The notes under the pieces were generated by a model. It was not told where the DNA came from, did no database searches, and saw only the letters and a list, made by a program, of their open reading frames with translations. From NCBI GenBank assembly GCA_028874175.1, contig JAPPLN010000069.1:606-64605 (forward strand): 64,000 nt of DNA, written 5' to 3'. The stretch comes from Chloroflexota bacterium. Lineage in GTDB: Bacteria; Chloroflexota; UBA11872. This document shows, one piece after another, positions 25,914-35,770 of the stretch (positions within the stretch are counted from its first letter, which is position 1; the number at the start of each line of letters is the position of its first letter). The position numbers and the translations under genes were made by a program.

Positions 25914-27542
25914 GTGCGGTTGAAGATCAGCTACGACCTGCCCACGCTCCGCGGAGACTTGTTCGGCGGGGTAACTGCGGCGGTGGTGGGGCTGCCGGTG
26001 GCGCTGGCGTTCGGGGTGGCGTCGGGTCTGGGGCCGGTGGCCGGACTGTACGGGGCCATCGCGGTGGGGTTCTTCGCGGCGGTGTTTGGGGGGACGCGGT
26101 CACAGATCTCGGGTCCCACGGGTCCGATGGCCGTGGCGATGGCGGTGATCGTCACCACGCACGCACAGAGCCTGACCGAGGCGTTCACCATCGCGGTGAT
26201 GGCGGGGCTGATCCAGATTGCGCTGGGGGTGCTGCGGATCGGGCGGTTCGTGGGCTATACGCCGTACTCGGTGATCTCGGGCTTCATGTCCGGCGTGGGA
26301 ATCATCATCATCCTGGTGCAGACGCTGCCGTTCCTGGGCGCACCGGTGGCGACGGGCGGGCCGCTGGGGGCGGTGCAGGCGTGGCCCGAGGCCATTCGCG
26401 ACGTCAATTTCGGCGCTCTGGTTATTGCCGGCGTGACGCTGGCCGTGGGCGTGGCGTGGCCGAGCCGGCTGCGGAAATTCCTGCCGCCGACGCTGGCGGC
26501 GCTGATTGCGGGGACGCTGCTGGGCGTGTTGTGGCTGACCGACACGCCGGTCATCGGCGAGGTTCCGACCGGTCTGCCGACCCTGCGGTTTCCGGAACTG
26601 GCGCCGGACGTGCTGGTGCGGGCGGTGCAGCCGGCCATCATCATCGCGCTGCTGGGATCGATCGACAGCCTGCTGACGTCGCTGGTCGCCGACTCGATGA
26701 CGCGGACGCGCCACAATCCAAACCGAGAACTGGTGGGGCAGGGCATCGGCAACGTGGCGGCGGGGTTGATCGGGGGCCTGCCGGGGGCCGGCGCGACGCT
26801 GGGGACAGTGGTGAATCTGCGGGCGGGGGGCCGCACGCCGGTTTCGGGGGCGCTCCGGGCGGCGATTCTGCTGGCGCTGGTGCTGGGGCTTGGTCGCTAC
26901 GTGGAGGCGATTCCGCACGCGGCGCTGGCGGGGATCCTGATGAAAGTCGGCTGGGACATCATCGACTGGCGGTTCCTGACCCGCATCCACCGGGTGCAGC
27001 GGGAACACCTGCTGGTGATGCTGATCACGCTTGGCCTGACGGTCTTCCTGGACCTGATCACGGCCGTGGCGATTGGTCTGATCGCCGCCGGGATGGCAAG
27101 CGCCCGGCAGTTCGAACGGTTGCAGATGGACAGCGTGGTCTCGGTACCGCTGCTGGACCGGAGCTTCTTCGGCGCCCAGGACGACGAAGAGACGGCGGAT
27201 GCATTTTCGGCGCGCGTCGGCCTGGTGGCGCTGCGGGGCAGCTTTACGGTGGCGTCGGCGAACAAGCTGATCAGCACGATCAGCGTGGACGTGCGCGATC
27301 ACGAGGTGGTGATCCTGGACTTCTCCGACACGGTGTACATGGACGACAGCGCAGCGCTGGTGGTGGAGCAGCTGATCGATTCCGCAATGGCCGAGAGCAC
27401 GGAGGTAATCGTGATGGGCCTGGAAGGACGGCCGGCCATCACCCTGCAGGCGCTCAACGCGCTGCAGCACGTGCCGTCAGACCGCTTTGTTAAGACGGAG
27501 GATGAGGCGAGGGTCGTCGCGCAGCGGCTGCTGGCGGGGTAG
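25914..27542 (+). CDS. SulP family inorganic anion transporter with C-terminal STAS domain
   Basis: GTG start. SulP signature region (GPTGPMAVAMAVI, SGFMSGVGIIII) in a ~400-aa TM domain, then a STAS-like domain (VVILDFSDTVYMDDSAALVVEQL). Confidence 0.85.
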   Translation: MRLKISYDLPTLRGDLFGGVTAAVVGLPVALAFGVASGLGPVAGLYGAIAVGFFAAVFGGTRSQISGPTGPMAVAMAVIVTTHAQSLTEAFTIAVMAGLIQIALGVLRIGRFVGYTPYSVISGFMSGVGIIIILVQTLPFLGAPVATGGPLGAVQAWPEAIRDVNFGALVIAGVTLAVGVAWPSRLRKFLPPTLAALIAGTLLGVLWLTDTPVIGEVPTGLPTLRFPELAPDVLVRAVQPAIIIALLGSIDSLLTSLVADSMTRTRHNPNRELVGQGIGNVAAGLIGGLPGAGATLGTVVNLRAGGRTPVSGALRAAILLALVLGLGRYVEAIPHAALAGILMKVGWDIIDWRFLTRIHRVQREHLLVMLITLGLTVFLDLITAVAIGLIAAGMASARQFERLQMDSVVSVPLLDRSFFGAQDDEETADAFSARVGLVALRGSFTVASANKLISTISVDVRDHEVVILDFSDTVYMDDSAALVVEQLIDSAMAESTEVIVMGLEGRPAITLQALNALQHVPSDRFVKTEDEARVVAQRLLAG

Positions 27543-27595
27543 CACGACGACGGCAACTGCGCCCGCGTCGCGGTGTTAGCCGGCGCCGGTGGGGA

Positions 27596-28093
27596 TCAGG
27601 CGGGGGCGACCTCGATGAGGCGGCCGGTGGCGCAGTCGTAGATGAAGCCGCGGATGCGGTCGCGGTGCGGGAGGAAGGGGCTGGCCCGGAGGCGGGCGAT
27701 GGAGTCGCGGACGTCCTGTTCGAGGTTGGTGAAGGGTTCGAAGGAGAACGGCGGGCGCCGGCCGGTGTCGGCTTCGACGGCGTCCTTCAACTGTTCGTCC
27801 GAGAACGTCTGCATGCCGCAGTCGGTGTGGTGGACGAGCATGATCTCGCGGGTGCCGAGCAGGCGCTGGGAAATGACGAGCGAGCGGATGGCGTCCTCGG
27901 TGACCACGCCGCCGGCGTTGCGGATGACGTGGGCGTCGCCCGGGGCCAGTCCCAGCGCCTGATACACATCCAGGCGGGCGTCCATGCAGGCCACAACGGC
28001 CAGCCGGCGGGCGGGTTGGGCGTGACCGGCTTCCTCACGGAACCCAGCGGCGAAGTGGGCGTTATTCGTGAGGATGTCGTCGACCGCTGACAC
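27596..28093 (-). CDS. Beta-class carbonic anhydrase
   Basis: 165 aa. Zinc ligands C-x-D-x-R (VACMDARL) and HxxC (HHTDCG) are conserved, as expected for a compact beta-carbonic anhydrase. Confidence 0.85.
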   Translation of the reverse strand: MSAVDDILTNNAHFAAGFREEAGHAQPARRLAVVACMDARLDVYQALGLAPGDAHVIRNAGGVVTEDAIRSLVISQRLLGTREIMLVHHTDCGMQTFSDEQLKDAVEADTGRRPPFSFEPFTNLEQDVRDSIARLRASPFLPHRDRIRGFIYDCATGRLIEVAPA

Positions 28094-28104
28094 CCGAACC
28101 TCCG

Positions 28105-29334
28105 TTAGCCGATGGCCGCTTCCACCGCGCAGAGGCGCGCCAGGTCGGCGGCGCGGTTGGTTTGTTCCCAGGGGACGTCGGCCAGGTCGTCGCGTCCGAA
28201 ATGGCCGTAGGCGGCGACCTGCCGGTAGAGGGGACGGCGCAGGCCGAGGTCGCGAATGATGACGCCGGGGCGGAGGTCGAAGACCTCGCGGACGGCGGCC
28301 TCGATGTCGCGGTCGGGCACGGTTCCGGTTCCAAAGGTCTCGATGTTGACGGAGACCGGCTCGGCCTTGCCGATGACGTAGGCCAGTTGCAGCTCAAACC
28401 TCTGGGCCAGGCCGGCCGCGACGACGTTCTTGGCGACCCAGCGGGCGGCATAGTTGGCCGAACGGTCGACCTTGGTGGGGTCCTTGCCGGAGAAGGCGCC
28501 ACCGCCGTGGCGGGCCATGCCGCCGTAGGTGTCGACGATGATCTTGCGGCCGGTGAGGCCGGCATCGCCCATGGGACCGCCGATGACGAATCGGCCGGTG
28601 CCGTTGACGATGTAGCGGGTGTCGTCGTCTATCCACTCCGACGGGACGATTTCGCGGATGACGTTCTCGACCAGTTCGCGCTCGATGGTTTCGCTGTCGA
28701 TCTCGTCGGCGTGTTGGGCGGCCAGGGCGACCGTGTCCACGCGGGCCGGTTGCCCGAAGCGGTACTCGACGGTGACCTGTGACTTGCCATCGGGCCGCAG
28801 CCACGGAAGGGTGCCGTCCTTGCGCACGGCGGCCAGTTGGCGGGCGGCGCGGTGGGCCAGGGCGATGGGCGCCGGCATGAGTTCCGGCGTCTCGTCGCAG
28901 GCGTAGCCGTACATCATTCCCTGGTCGCCGGCGCCCAGGCCTTCGACCTCGGCGTAGTCGCCCTCCAGGTCGCGAACTTCCAGCGCTTCGTCGACGCCCA
29001 TCTTGATGTCGGCCGACTGTTCCTTGACCGAAACGGCGACGCCGCAGGTTTCGGCATCGAAGCCGTGATCCGAGTGGGTGTAGCCGATTTCGCTGACGGT
29101 GCGGCGCACGACCTTGGGGATGTCCACGCTGTCGCCGCCGGCGGTGATCTCGCCGAACACGAGCACCAGGCCGGTGGAGGCCGCGGTCTCGCAGGCCACG
29201 CGGGCCTTGGGGTCGGCCTGGAGGTAGGCGTCCAGAATCGCGTCCGAAACCTGGTCGCAGAGCTTGTCGGGGTGGCCCTCGGTTACGGACTCGGAGGTAA
29301 ACAGCAGGCGGGCGGCCTGCGCGAACGTGCTACT
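28105..29334 (-). CDS. metK: S-adenosylmethionine synthetase
   Basis: The [22 protein letters not shown]-terminal signature, the GAGDQG motif and the [10 protein letters not shown]-loop are all present. The ORF track start (29520) would overlap ahcY by 130 nt. An in-frame TTG at 29334 ([16 protein letters not shown]...) gives a canonical ~409-aa MetK. Confidence 0.9.
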   Translation of the reverse strand, partial: SSTFAQAARLLFTSESVTEGHPDKLCDQVSDAILDAYLQADPKARVACETAASTGLVLVFGEITAGGDSVDIPKVVRRTVSEIGYTHSDHGFDAETCGVAVSVKEQSADIKMGVDEALEVRDLEGDYAEVEGLGAGDQGMMYGYACDETPELMPAPIALAHRAARQLAAVRKDGTLPWLRPDGKSQVTVEYRFGQPARVDTVALAAQHADEIDSETIERELVENVIREIVPSEWIDDDTRYIVNGTGRFVIGGPMGDAGLTGRKIIVDTYGGMARHGGGAFSGKDPTKVDRSANYAARWVAKNVVAAGLAQRFELQLAYVIGKAEPVSVNIETFGTGTVPDRDIEAAVREVFDLRPGVIIRDLGLRRPLYRQVAAYGHFGRDDLADVPWEQTNRAADLARLCAVEAAIG

Positions 29335-29389
29335 CAATGTGCTCTCCCATGCTGTCGCCGAGTGTGGGTGCCGTGCGACCGCGGCCTGA

Positions 29390-30661
29390 CTACGTGCCTT
29401 CCTGCCAGCCGGACAGGTAGGCGGCCTGCTCGGCGGTGAGGGTGTCGATTGCCACGCCCATCGCCTCAAGTTTGACCGAGGCGACCTGGCGGTCGATGTC
29501 GGCCGAAACATCGTAAACATCCGGGGCCATGTCGTGCGCGTTTTTGGCCAGGTGTTCCAGGGCCAGGGCCTGGTTGGCGAAGCTCATGTCCATCACACTG
29601 GCCGGGTGGCCCTCGGCGGAGGCCAGGTTGATCAGCCGGCCCTGCGCCAGCAGGAAGATGCGGCGGCCGCCGGCGAGGCGGTATTCCTCCACGAAGGGTC
29701 GAGCCTCTGTGACTTCCTCGGCCATGTCCTCCAGGGCCTCGATATTGATTTCGACGTCGAAGTGGCCGGAATTGGCCAGGATTGCGCCGTCTTTCATGAC
29801 CTCGAAGTGCGAGCGGTTGATGACGTGCTTGTCGCCGGTGACGGTGATGAAGACGTCGCCTTCGGCGGCGGCGTCCTGCATGGGCATGACGCGGTAGCCG
29901 TCCATAACGGCTTCGAGCGCGCGGACCGGATCGACCTCGGTGACGATCAGGTGGGCGCCCATGCCGGCGGCGCGGCTGGCGAGGCCGCGACCGCACCAGC
30001 CGTAGCCGCCCACGACCACCGTGCGCCCGGCCAGCAGCAGGTTGGTGGCGCGCACGACGCCGTCGAGCGTGGACTGCCCGGTGCCGTAGCGATTGTCGAA
30101 CATGTGCTTGGTCATGGCCTGATTGACGGCCACGATGGGGTACTTGAGCACGCCCTGTTCGGCCATGGCGCGGAGTCGAATGACGCCGGTGGTGGTTTCC
30201 TCGGTGCCGCCCATGACGCCGTCGATGACGTCGGTGCGGTCGGTGTGGAGGGTGGAGACCAGGTCGGCGCCGTCGTCGGTGGTGAGATGGGGCCGGCCGT
30301 TGAGCACGGATTCGATGTGGTCGTAGTAAATCTCCGAGTCCTCGCCGTTGATGGCGTAGGTGGAGGCCCCGTACACCTCGACGAGGGCGGCGGCCACGTC
30401 GTCCTGGGTACTGAGGGGGTTGGAGGCGCAGAGGGAGGTCTCGGCGCCGCCGGCCTGCAGGGTGCGGACCAGGTTGGCGGTCTCGGCGGTTACGTGTAGG
30501 CAGGCGCCGATGCGGAGGCCGTCGAGGGGCCGCTCCTGCTCGAAACGCCGGCGGATGCTCTCCAGTACGGGCATGGACTGGTCGGCCCATTCGATACGGC
30601 GGACGCCGTCATCGGCAAGTGAAGCGTCCGCGATATCGGACTGGTTATCGGCCGTGGCCAT
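29390..30661 (-). CDS. ahcY: Adenosylhomocysteinase
   Basis: 423 aa. The AhcY N-terminal domain and the NAD-binding block [12 protein letters not shown] are present, with full-length similarity to SAH hydrolases. Confidence 0.9.
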   Translation of the reverse strand: MATADNQSDIADASLADDGVRRIEWADQSMPVLESIRRRFEQERPLDGLRIGACLHVTAETANLVRTLQAGGAETSLCASNPLSTQDDVAAALVEVYGASTYAINGEDSEIYYDHIESVLNGRPHLTTDDGADLVSTLHTDRTDVIDGVMGGTEETTTGVIRLRAMAEQGVLKYPIVAVNQAMTKHMFDNRYGTGQSTLDGVVRATNLLLAGRTVVVGGYGWCGRGLASRAAGMGAHLIVTEVDPVRALEAVMDGYRVMPMQDAAAEGDVFITVTGDKHVINRSHFEVMKDGAILANSGHFDVEINIEALEDMAEEVTEARPFVEEYRLAGGRRIFLLAQGRLINLASAEGHPASVMDMSFANQALALEHLAKNAHDMAPDVYDVSADIDRQVASVKLEAMGVAIDTLTAEQAAYLSGWQEGT

Positions 30662-30690
30662 ACGAGTTCCTCCGGGCGTGGGTCTGGCAG

Positions 30691-31611
30691 CTAGAAGGCG
30701 GCGAAGTCGCCAAATTCAACGTAGCGCGAATCGATGTCGTGACGTGTGAGCTCAGCGAGGCGATCCACGCTGAACGCTTCAACTGTAAACGACGCGGCGA
30801 CGCTTCCATAGATTACGGCCCGGCGGAGGGCGGCTTCATCGGTAGATCCGGCGGCCGCCAGGCTGCCCAGGAAGGCCCCGGCGAACGAGTCGCCGGCGCC
30901 GGTGGGATCAACAACGTCGTCCAGCGGGTACGCCGGCGCGAAGAACCAGCCGTGATCGCTGACCAGGGCGGCGCCGAACTCACCGCGCTTGACGACGACA
31001 TAGGTTGGTCCGAGGTCGAGGATGGTGCGCACGGCGCGTGGAATGTTGGCGTGTCCACCGAAGAGCCGTGCTTCCTCGTCGTTGAGGACCACGCAATCGC
31101 AGCGCGCAAACACGCGCGAGACCTGCTGGCGGTCGCCCTCGATCCACAAGTCCATCGAATCGACAACGACGAACCGTGGGTCCACGACCTGCTCGAGAAT
31201 CCGAAGCTGGATGCTCGGATCGGTGTTCCCGAGAAACACGAAGGACTCGGCTTTGGCGTGCGCGGGCACCCTGGGATCGAAGTTCTCGAGCACATTGAGA
31301 TCGACGAACGTGGTTTCGCGCACGTTCATGTTCTCGGCATAGCGCCCGCCCCACCGAAAGGTAAGGCCATCGGCGGTCTCGAGACTGCTGAGATCGATGT
31401 CGCGCTCGGACAGCAGTTCGCGGTGGGCTGTCGGAAAGTCGTGGCCGACCACGCTGGACATGGTGGTTGGGGCGAAGTGGCGCGAGGCCAGCGCGGCATA
31501 AGTGGCTGAGCCGCCGAGGACGCCCTGAACGCTCTCGTGGGCAGTTTCGATGTCATCGATGCCGACGGTGCCGATGACGACCACGCGGCCGGGTTTGTCC
31601 GAAGTGGTCAT
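30691..31611 (-). CDS. PfkB-family carbohydrate/nucleoside kinase (candidate adenosine kinase)
   Basis: The ATG at 31611 ([19 protein letters not shown]...) gives 306 aa. The PfkB signature [13 protein letters not shown] is present. The ORF track's longer N-terminus is Pro/Ser-rich and overlaps mtnP. The adenosine-kinase role is inferred only from position between mtnP and ahcY. Confidence 0.7.
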   Translation of the reverse strand: MTTSDKPGRVVVIGTVGIDDIETAHESVQGVLGGSATYAALASRHFAPTTMSSVVGHDFPTAHRELLSERDIDLSSLETADGLTFRWGGRYAENMNVRETTFVDLNVLENFDPRVPAHAKAESFVFLGNTDPSIQLRILEQVVDPRFVVVDSMDLWIEGDRQQVSRVFARCDCVVLNDEEARLFGGHANIPRAVRTILDLGPTYVVVKRGEFGAALVSDHGWFFAPAYPLDDVVDPTGAGDSFAGAFLGSLAAAGSTDEAALRRAVIYGSVAASFTVEAFSVDRLAELTRHDIDSRYVEFGDFAAF

Positions 31612-31621
31612 GCCAGGCGAT

Positions 31622-32500
31622 CTAGTCCGTCTCGGGGCGGTTGAGGTACCTGCCCACGAGCAGGTCGTGGCGCTCGGCCAGTTCGGGCGGAATCGCGTCG
31701 GGCGCGGTGATGATGGCAGTGGCCAGGGCGTCGGCGCACTCGCAGGCGGAGCCGTCGGTTGGAATCTGCCCAACCGCGCGTCGGACGACCCGCTGGGAGA
31801 GCGAGGTGTTGGCCATGAGATTGGCGATGACCATCTCGGCGGATACGTCCTCTTCGCCCTCGTGCCAGACGTCGTAGTCGGTGACCATGGCCAGCAGGGC
31901 GTAGCAGATCTCGGCTTCGCGGGCGAGACGGGCCTCGGGGAGCGCGGTCATGCCGATGACGTCGACGCCCCAGGAGCGAAAGGTCTCGGACTCGGCGCGG
32001 GTGGAGAACTGCGGACCCTCGATGCAGACGTAGGTGCCGCCGCGATGCACGTGGGCGCCCTCGATCTCGGCGGCCTCGGCGAGCAGGCCGGAGAGGCGTG
32101 CGGAAAAGGGTTCGCCCATGCCCACGTGGACGACGAGGCCAGGGGTGTCGAAGAAGGTCATGGGGCGCTGGCGAGTGCGGTCGATCAGCTGGTCGGGCAC
32201 GACAACGTGGAGGGGCTCGATGTGTTCACGCATGCTGCCGACGGCGCTGACCGAGATGACCCAGCGCACGCCGAGCGACTTGAGCGCCCAGAAGTTGGCG
32301 CGGGCGTTGACGGCGGTGGGCATGATGCGATGGCCGCGGCCGTGGCGCGGGAGGAATGCCACCTCCACGCCGTCCAGGCGGCCGATGCGAATGAAGTCGC
32401 TGGGGTCGCCGAAGGGCGTTGTGACGGTCTCGTCGCGAATGTCTTCCAGGCCGGGCATGTCGTAGAAGCCGCTGCCGCCAATGACTCCAATTGCAGGCAT
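31622..32500 (-). CDS. mtnP: S-methyl-5'-thioadenosine phosphorylase
   Basis: The N-terminal IGVIGGSGFY block and overall PNP/MTAP-family sequence are present (VISVSAVGSM, phosphate-binding residues). Confidence 0.85.
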   Translation of the reverse strand: MPAIGVIGGSGFYDMPGLEDIRDETVTTPFGDPSDFIRIGRLDGVEVAFLPRHGRGHRIMPTAVNARANFWALKSLGVRWVISVSAVGSMREHIEPLHVVVPDQLIDRTRQRPMTFFDTPGLVVHVGMGEPFSARLSGLLAEAAEIEGAHVHRGGTYVCIEGPQFSTRAESETFRSWGVDVIGMTALPEARLAREAEICYALLAMVTDYDVWHEGEEDVSAEMVIANLMANTSLSQRVVRRAVGQIPTDGSACECADALATAIITAPDAIPPELAERHDLLVGRYLNRPETD

Positions 32501-32518
32501 TAGTCGTGGCTCCGCATG

Positions 32519-33616
32519 TCAGGCGGCCGCGTCAGGGGCCGCCGCGAACCGGCGTAACGATTCCAGGTAGGGCGGCCGGTGGACGCCGTGCTCGGTGATG
32601 ATCGCGGTTACGCGTTCGTGAGGCGTGACGTCGAAGGCTGGATTGGCGACGGGCGCATCGGAGGGCGACCAGCGCCAGTCGCCGTAGCCGTGGACTTCCT
32701 CGGTGGCCCGTTCCTCGATGGGAATGGCGTCGCCGTTGGGGGTGTCGAAGTCGATAGTGGAAAGCGGCGCGGCCACGTAGAAGGGCAGGTCGTGGGCGCC
32801 GGCGGCGACGGCATGGCTGTAGGTGCCGATCTTGTTGGCGACGTCGCCGTTGGCGGCGATTCGGTCGGCCCCGACGATGACGGCGTCGATGTGCCCGCGG
32901 CGCATGCGGTCGGCGGCCATGCTGTCGGTGATGAGGGTGAAGGGGACGCCCCACTGGGCCAGTTCCCAGGTGGTGAGGCGACCACCCTGGAGCAGTGGGC
33001 GGGTTTCGCTGACGACAACCTCGATGCCGTGGCGCTGGTTGGCGGCCTGGAGGACGCCCAGGGCGGTGCCATAACTCGCGGCGGTGGCGAGCGGGCCGGT
33101 GTTGCAGTGGTGGAGCACGCGCTGGCCGGATGCGAAGAGGTCGGCGCCGGCTTCGGCAAGGGCGCGGTGTCGCTGTTCGTTGTCGGCGGCGATTTCGTGG
33201 GCCAGCGCCAGCAAGCCGTGGCGGGTGGACTCGCGAGGGTCCCGAATGCCATCGGTCGGCCGGTGATCGGCCAAGGTGCCGAACTCGTGCGCCGCCGCAC
33301 GCATGCGCTCGGCGGCCCAGGCGAGGTTCACGGCGGTGGGCCGGGTGGCGATGACCTGGTCGATGACGGCGTCAAGTCGCTCCAGGTAGGTCGCTCGGTC
33401 GGGCGCATCGACCCGGGTGGCGGCCAGCGCAACGGCGTAGGCGGCGGCAACGCCGAGGGCGGGGGCGCCGCGGATAGCCAGGGTGCGGATGGCGTCGTTG
33501 ACCTGCGAAACCTCGGTGCAGTGCAGCACCTCGACGGCATCCGGCAGGCGGCGCTGATCCAGGATTCGGACCGCACCGTCACGCCATTCGATAACCGGCG
33601 GGACAGGCATCGCCAC
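32519..33616 (-). CDS. mtnA: S-methyl-5-thioribose-1-phosphate isomerase
   Basis: eIF-2B-like fold with the typical N-terminal WRDGAVRILDQRRLP block and the conserved C-terminal region (NKIGTYSHAVAA, FYVAAPLSTID). Confidence 0.85.
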   Translation of the reverse strand: MAMPVPPVIEWRDGAVRILDQRRLPDAVEVLHCTEVSQVNDAIRTLAIRGAPALGVAAAYAVALAATRVDAPDRATYLERLDAVIDQVIATRPTAVNLAWAAERMRAAAHEFGTLADHRPTDGIRDPRESTRHGLLALAHEIAADNEQRHRALAEAGADLFASGQRVLHHCNTGPLATAASYGTALGVLQAANQRHGIEVVVSETRPLLQGGRLTTWELAQWGVPFTLITDSMAADRMRRGHIDAVIVGADRIAANGDVANKIGTYSHAVAAGAHDLPFYVAAPLSTIDFDTPNGDAIPIEERATEEVHGYGDWRWSPSDAPVANPAFDVTPHERVTAIITEHGVHRPPYLESLRRFAAAPDAAA

Positions 33617-33709
33617 GGGACTGCGTGCAGGCGGGTGAGTATATCGGCGACGGCCCCGAGACCCCTGGAAACGTCACGGCGTCACAAACGAGGCCGCTAA
33701 GGCGGGTAG

Positions 33710-34810
33710 TCAGTCCGGCGCGTAGCGGGTGAGACTGGCGTGGTCGAGCGTCCAGCCAAAGCCCGGGCGATTGGGGATCGTGACCGCGCCATGGATGGCT
33801 TCGGGTTCGCCTGAGAGAGCATCCCAGATGAGGGAATTCCCGGGCAGCGGATCGCGACGAGGGAAATACTCGCCAATCGGACAGTTGGCCCGCGCGGCGA
33901 TCAGATGCCACGAATGCAGCCAGCCCTGGTGCGGGGTTACGGGGCGGTGGTGGCTGGCGGCCAGGGCGCAAATGCGAAGGGTCTCCGTGAGGCCGCCGAC
34001 TCGATTGACGTCGGGCTGGAGGTAGTAGACGCCGGCGTTGATGAGCGATATGTAAGGGAATCGGGTGCGTTCGGACTCGCCCGCCGCCAGCGGCACCGCG
34101 CCGTCGCGGGCCAGAGCTTCATATCCCGCCAGGTCCTCGATCGGAATCGGGTTTTCCAACCAACGAGCGCCTACGTCGGCCAGCGGCTGAAGCATGCGCC
34201 GGGCGTACGGAAGGTCCCAACCGAAGTGGGCATCCACCATCAGGTCTGCACTGGGGCCGATGGCCGCGCGGATTTCGCGCAGCACGTCCACCTCGGTTTG
34301 CCGGCCCTGCTCGCCGTGGGCCGGACCGTGGATCGAGAAGTATTTGAAGGCGTTGAACCCTTGTTGGCGGCCCTCAAGGATTTCGTCCAGCAGCGACTGC
34401 GGGTCCTCGCGTCCACGCAGCGATAGCGAACTGAGGTAGACGGGCACGGTCCTCGTCGATCCACCGCCGATAAGGCTGACCACCGGCCGGCCCACCGACT
34501 TCCCGAGCAGGTCCCAGAGCGCCAGATCCACGCCGCTGAGAGCCATGACGCCGGTTCCGCGTTGACCCTGGCGGTTCAGCGAGTCGTAGAGACGTTCCCA
34601 GAGCGTCTCGATGTCCGTCGGGTCGGCTCCCTCCAAGAGCGGAGCGAATTGGCGCGCGATGATCGTCTCCGCACCAACGGGAAAGCCGCCCACGGATCCG
34701 AGGCCGGTCAGTCCCTCGTCGGTTTCGATTTCCACGACGACGAGGGCAATGGCTTCACGGCCCGGATCGGGGTTGCGGAGGGGGTGAGCACGGAGGCGAG
34801 TGATGCGCAT
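33710..34810 (-). CDS. Enolase-superfamily enzyme (mandelate racemase / muconate lactonizing enzyme family)
   Basis: 366 aa with an N-terminal capping domain and a TIM-barrel carrying metal-ligand positions (DAHFGWD, ENPI, AGESE) and a KxK-like region. Substrate is unknown. Confidence 0.75.
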   Translation of the reverse strand: MRITRLRAHPLRNPDPGREAIALVVVEIETDEGLTGLGSVGGFPVGAETIIARQFAPLLEGADPTDIETLWERLYDSLNRQGQRGTGVMALSGVDLALWDLLGKSVGRPVVSLIGGGSTRTVPVYLSSLSLRGREDPQSLLDEILEGRQQGFNAFKYFSIHGPAHGEQGRQTEVDVLREIRAAIGPSADLMVDAHFGWDLPYARRMLQPLADVGARWLENPIPIEDLAGYEALARDGAVPLAAGESERTRFPYISLINAGVYYLQPDVNRVGGLTETLRICALAASHHRPVTPHQGWLHSWHLIAARANCPIGEYFPRRDPLPGNSLIWDALSGEPEAIHGAVTIPNRPGFGWTLDHASLTRYAPD

Positions 34811-34851
34811 GGTGGGAGATTATGGCGAGATGGCGTGAGTCGCGAGCGTCC

Positions 34852-35442
34852 CTAACGCGAGGCGCGTGCGATGTCGCGCATGAAAGCATCGTCAATCTCA
34901 TGGCGCTCGTCGGCAGCGAGCCAAAGGTCGTACGCATAGGTTGAGCGTGGGCCGTGAACAAGCCAAACGGAAACCCCTTCACGCTTCACCACGTCGATGA
35001 CCGGAACGAAGTCGCCGTCTCCGGCAATGAGCGCAATGTGCGTGACGACTTGCCTGCCTGCCATCAGCGCTGCGTCGAGTCCGAGGAGCAGATCGACCTG
35101 CTTCTGAGTAAAGATCGGTCGGCCGTCTTCGCGGAAGCCGTCGAACCGCAAATGGCCTTCTCGTACCTGAAAACGTGGCAGGTGCGTTAGGGATTCGACA
35201 AACCGGCGGTATCCCGCCGTTCGGTTGCGGTCATCGGCCGTTGGTGGATCGTGCTGGAACGGCGAGCAGGTGTAGTAATACGCGCGAACTACGTCCACCG
35301 GCTCTGGCGTCGCGCCGCCTACAACTTGACGGACCCGTCCCGACAGCTTTTCGATGTCCGGCCTTACCCGAAGCTGACGAAACTGCCTATTGCACAGCGC
35401 GGCAACGTATCCGCCGTCAACGAAGACCGCGAGTCGGGCCAT
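34852..35442 (-). CDS. NYN-domain (LabA-like) putative RNase
   Basis: The ATG at 35442 gives MARLAVFVDGGYV..., the hallmark N-terminal strand of NYN/LabA domains, and later GDGDFVPVIDVVKREGVSVWLV. The ORF track's 28-codon upstream extension runs through the terminator hairpin and is unlikely to be translated. Confidence 0.75.
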   Translation of the reverse strand: MARLAVFVDGGYVAALCNRQFRQLRVRPDIEKLSGRVRQVVGGATPEPVDVVRAYYYTCSPFQHDPPTADDRNRTAGYRRFVESLTHLPRFQVREGHLRFDGFREDGRPIFTQKQVDLLLGLDAALMAGRQVVTHIALIAGDGDFVPVIDVVKREGVSVWLVHGPRSTYAYDLWLAADERHEIDDAFMRDIARASR

Positions 35443-35463
35443 CCCCTTGCCAGTCCGAGTACG

Positions 35464-35497
35464 AAAAAAGCCGGGGCGGTTCCGCCCCGGCTTTTTT
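35464..35497. terminator. Bidirectional intrinsic terminator-like hairpin (A6 - 9-bp GC stem - T6)
   Basis: Sequence AAAAAAGCCGGGGCGGTTCCGCCCCGGCTTTTTT: a perfect GC-rich stem with a 4-nt loop, flanked by an A-tract and a T-tract. It lies 20 nt upstream of the NYN start codon inside the divergent intergenic region. Confidence 0.8.
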
Positions 35498-35770
35498 CCA
35501 ACTGAACTTACGTGCGCCCCGCCCAACGGCGTCGAACGAGTGCGAACGCAGTGTAGATATTGGCGTCAGTATGGTTACTGGGATTCTCGCAGTCAATCAT
35601 CATGTTGAGATTCTGCAGGCTAAGATTTCCACACACGGTCCGGAATCTCGCCCATGGGTGACAACGTCTGCTGTTCGCCGGCGTCAGGACGACCTGCGAA
35701 CGAAAACGCGGCGCATTCCCGCGCGAGCGTTAGCCAACTGACCGATCAGGCGCTCCGCCGCCGCCCAGGC

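Noticed and set aside
29335-29520. Long N-terminal extension of metK in the ORF track (start 29520) overlapping ahcY by 130 nt
   Set aside because: The extension is Pro/Ser/Arg-rich with no MetK homology. A TTG at 29334 immediately precedes the conserved [15 protein letters not shown]-terminus and leaves a normal 55-nt gap to ahcY.
35390-35608. 72-aa plus-strand ORF spanning the terminator hairpin
   Set aside because: It reads through the A6-stem-T6 terminator structure and overlaps the NYN gene start on the opposite strand, so it is not credible coding.
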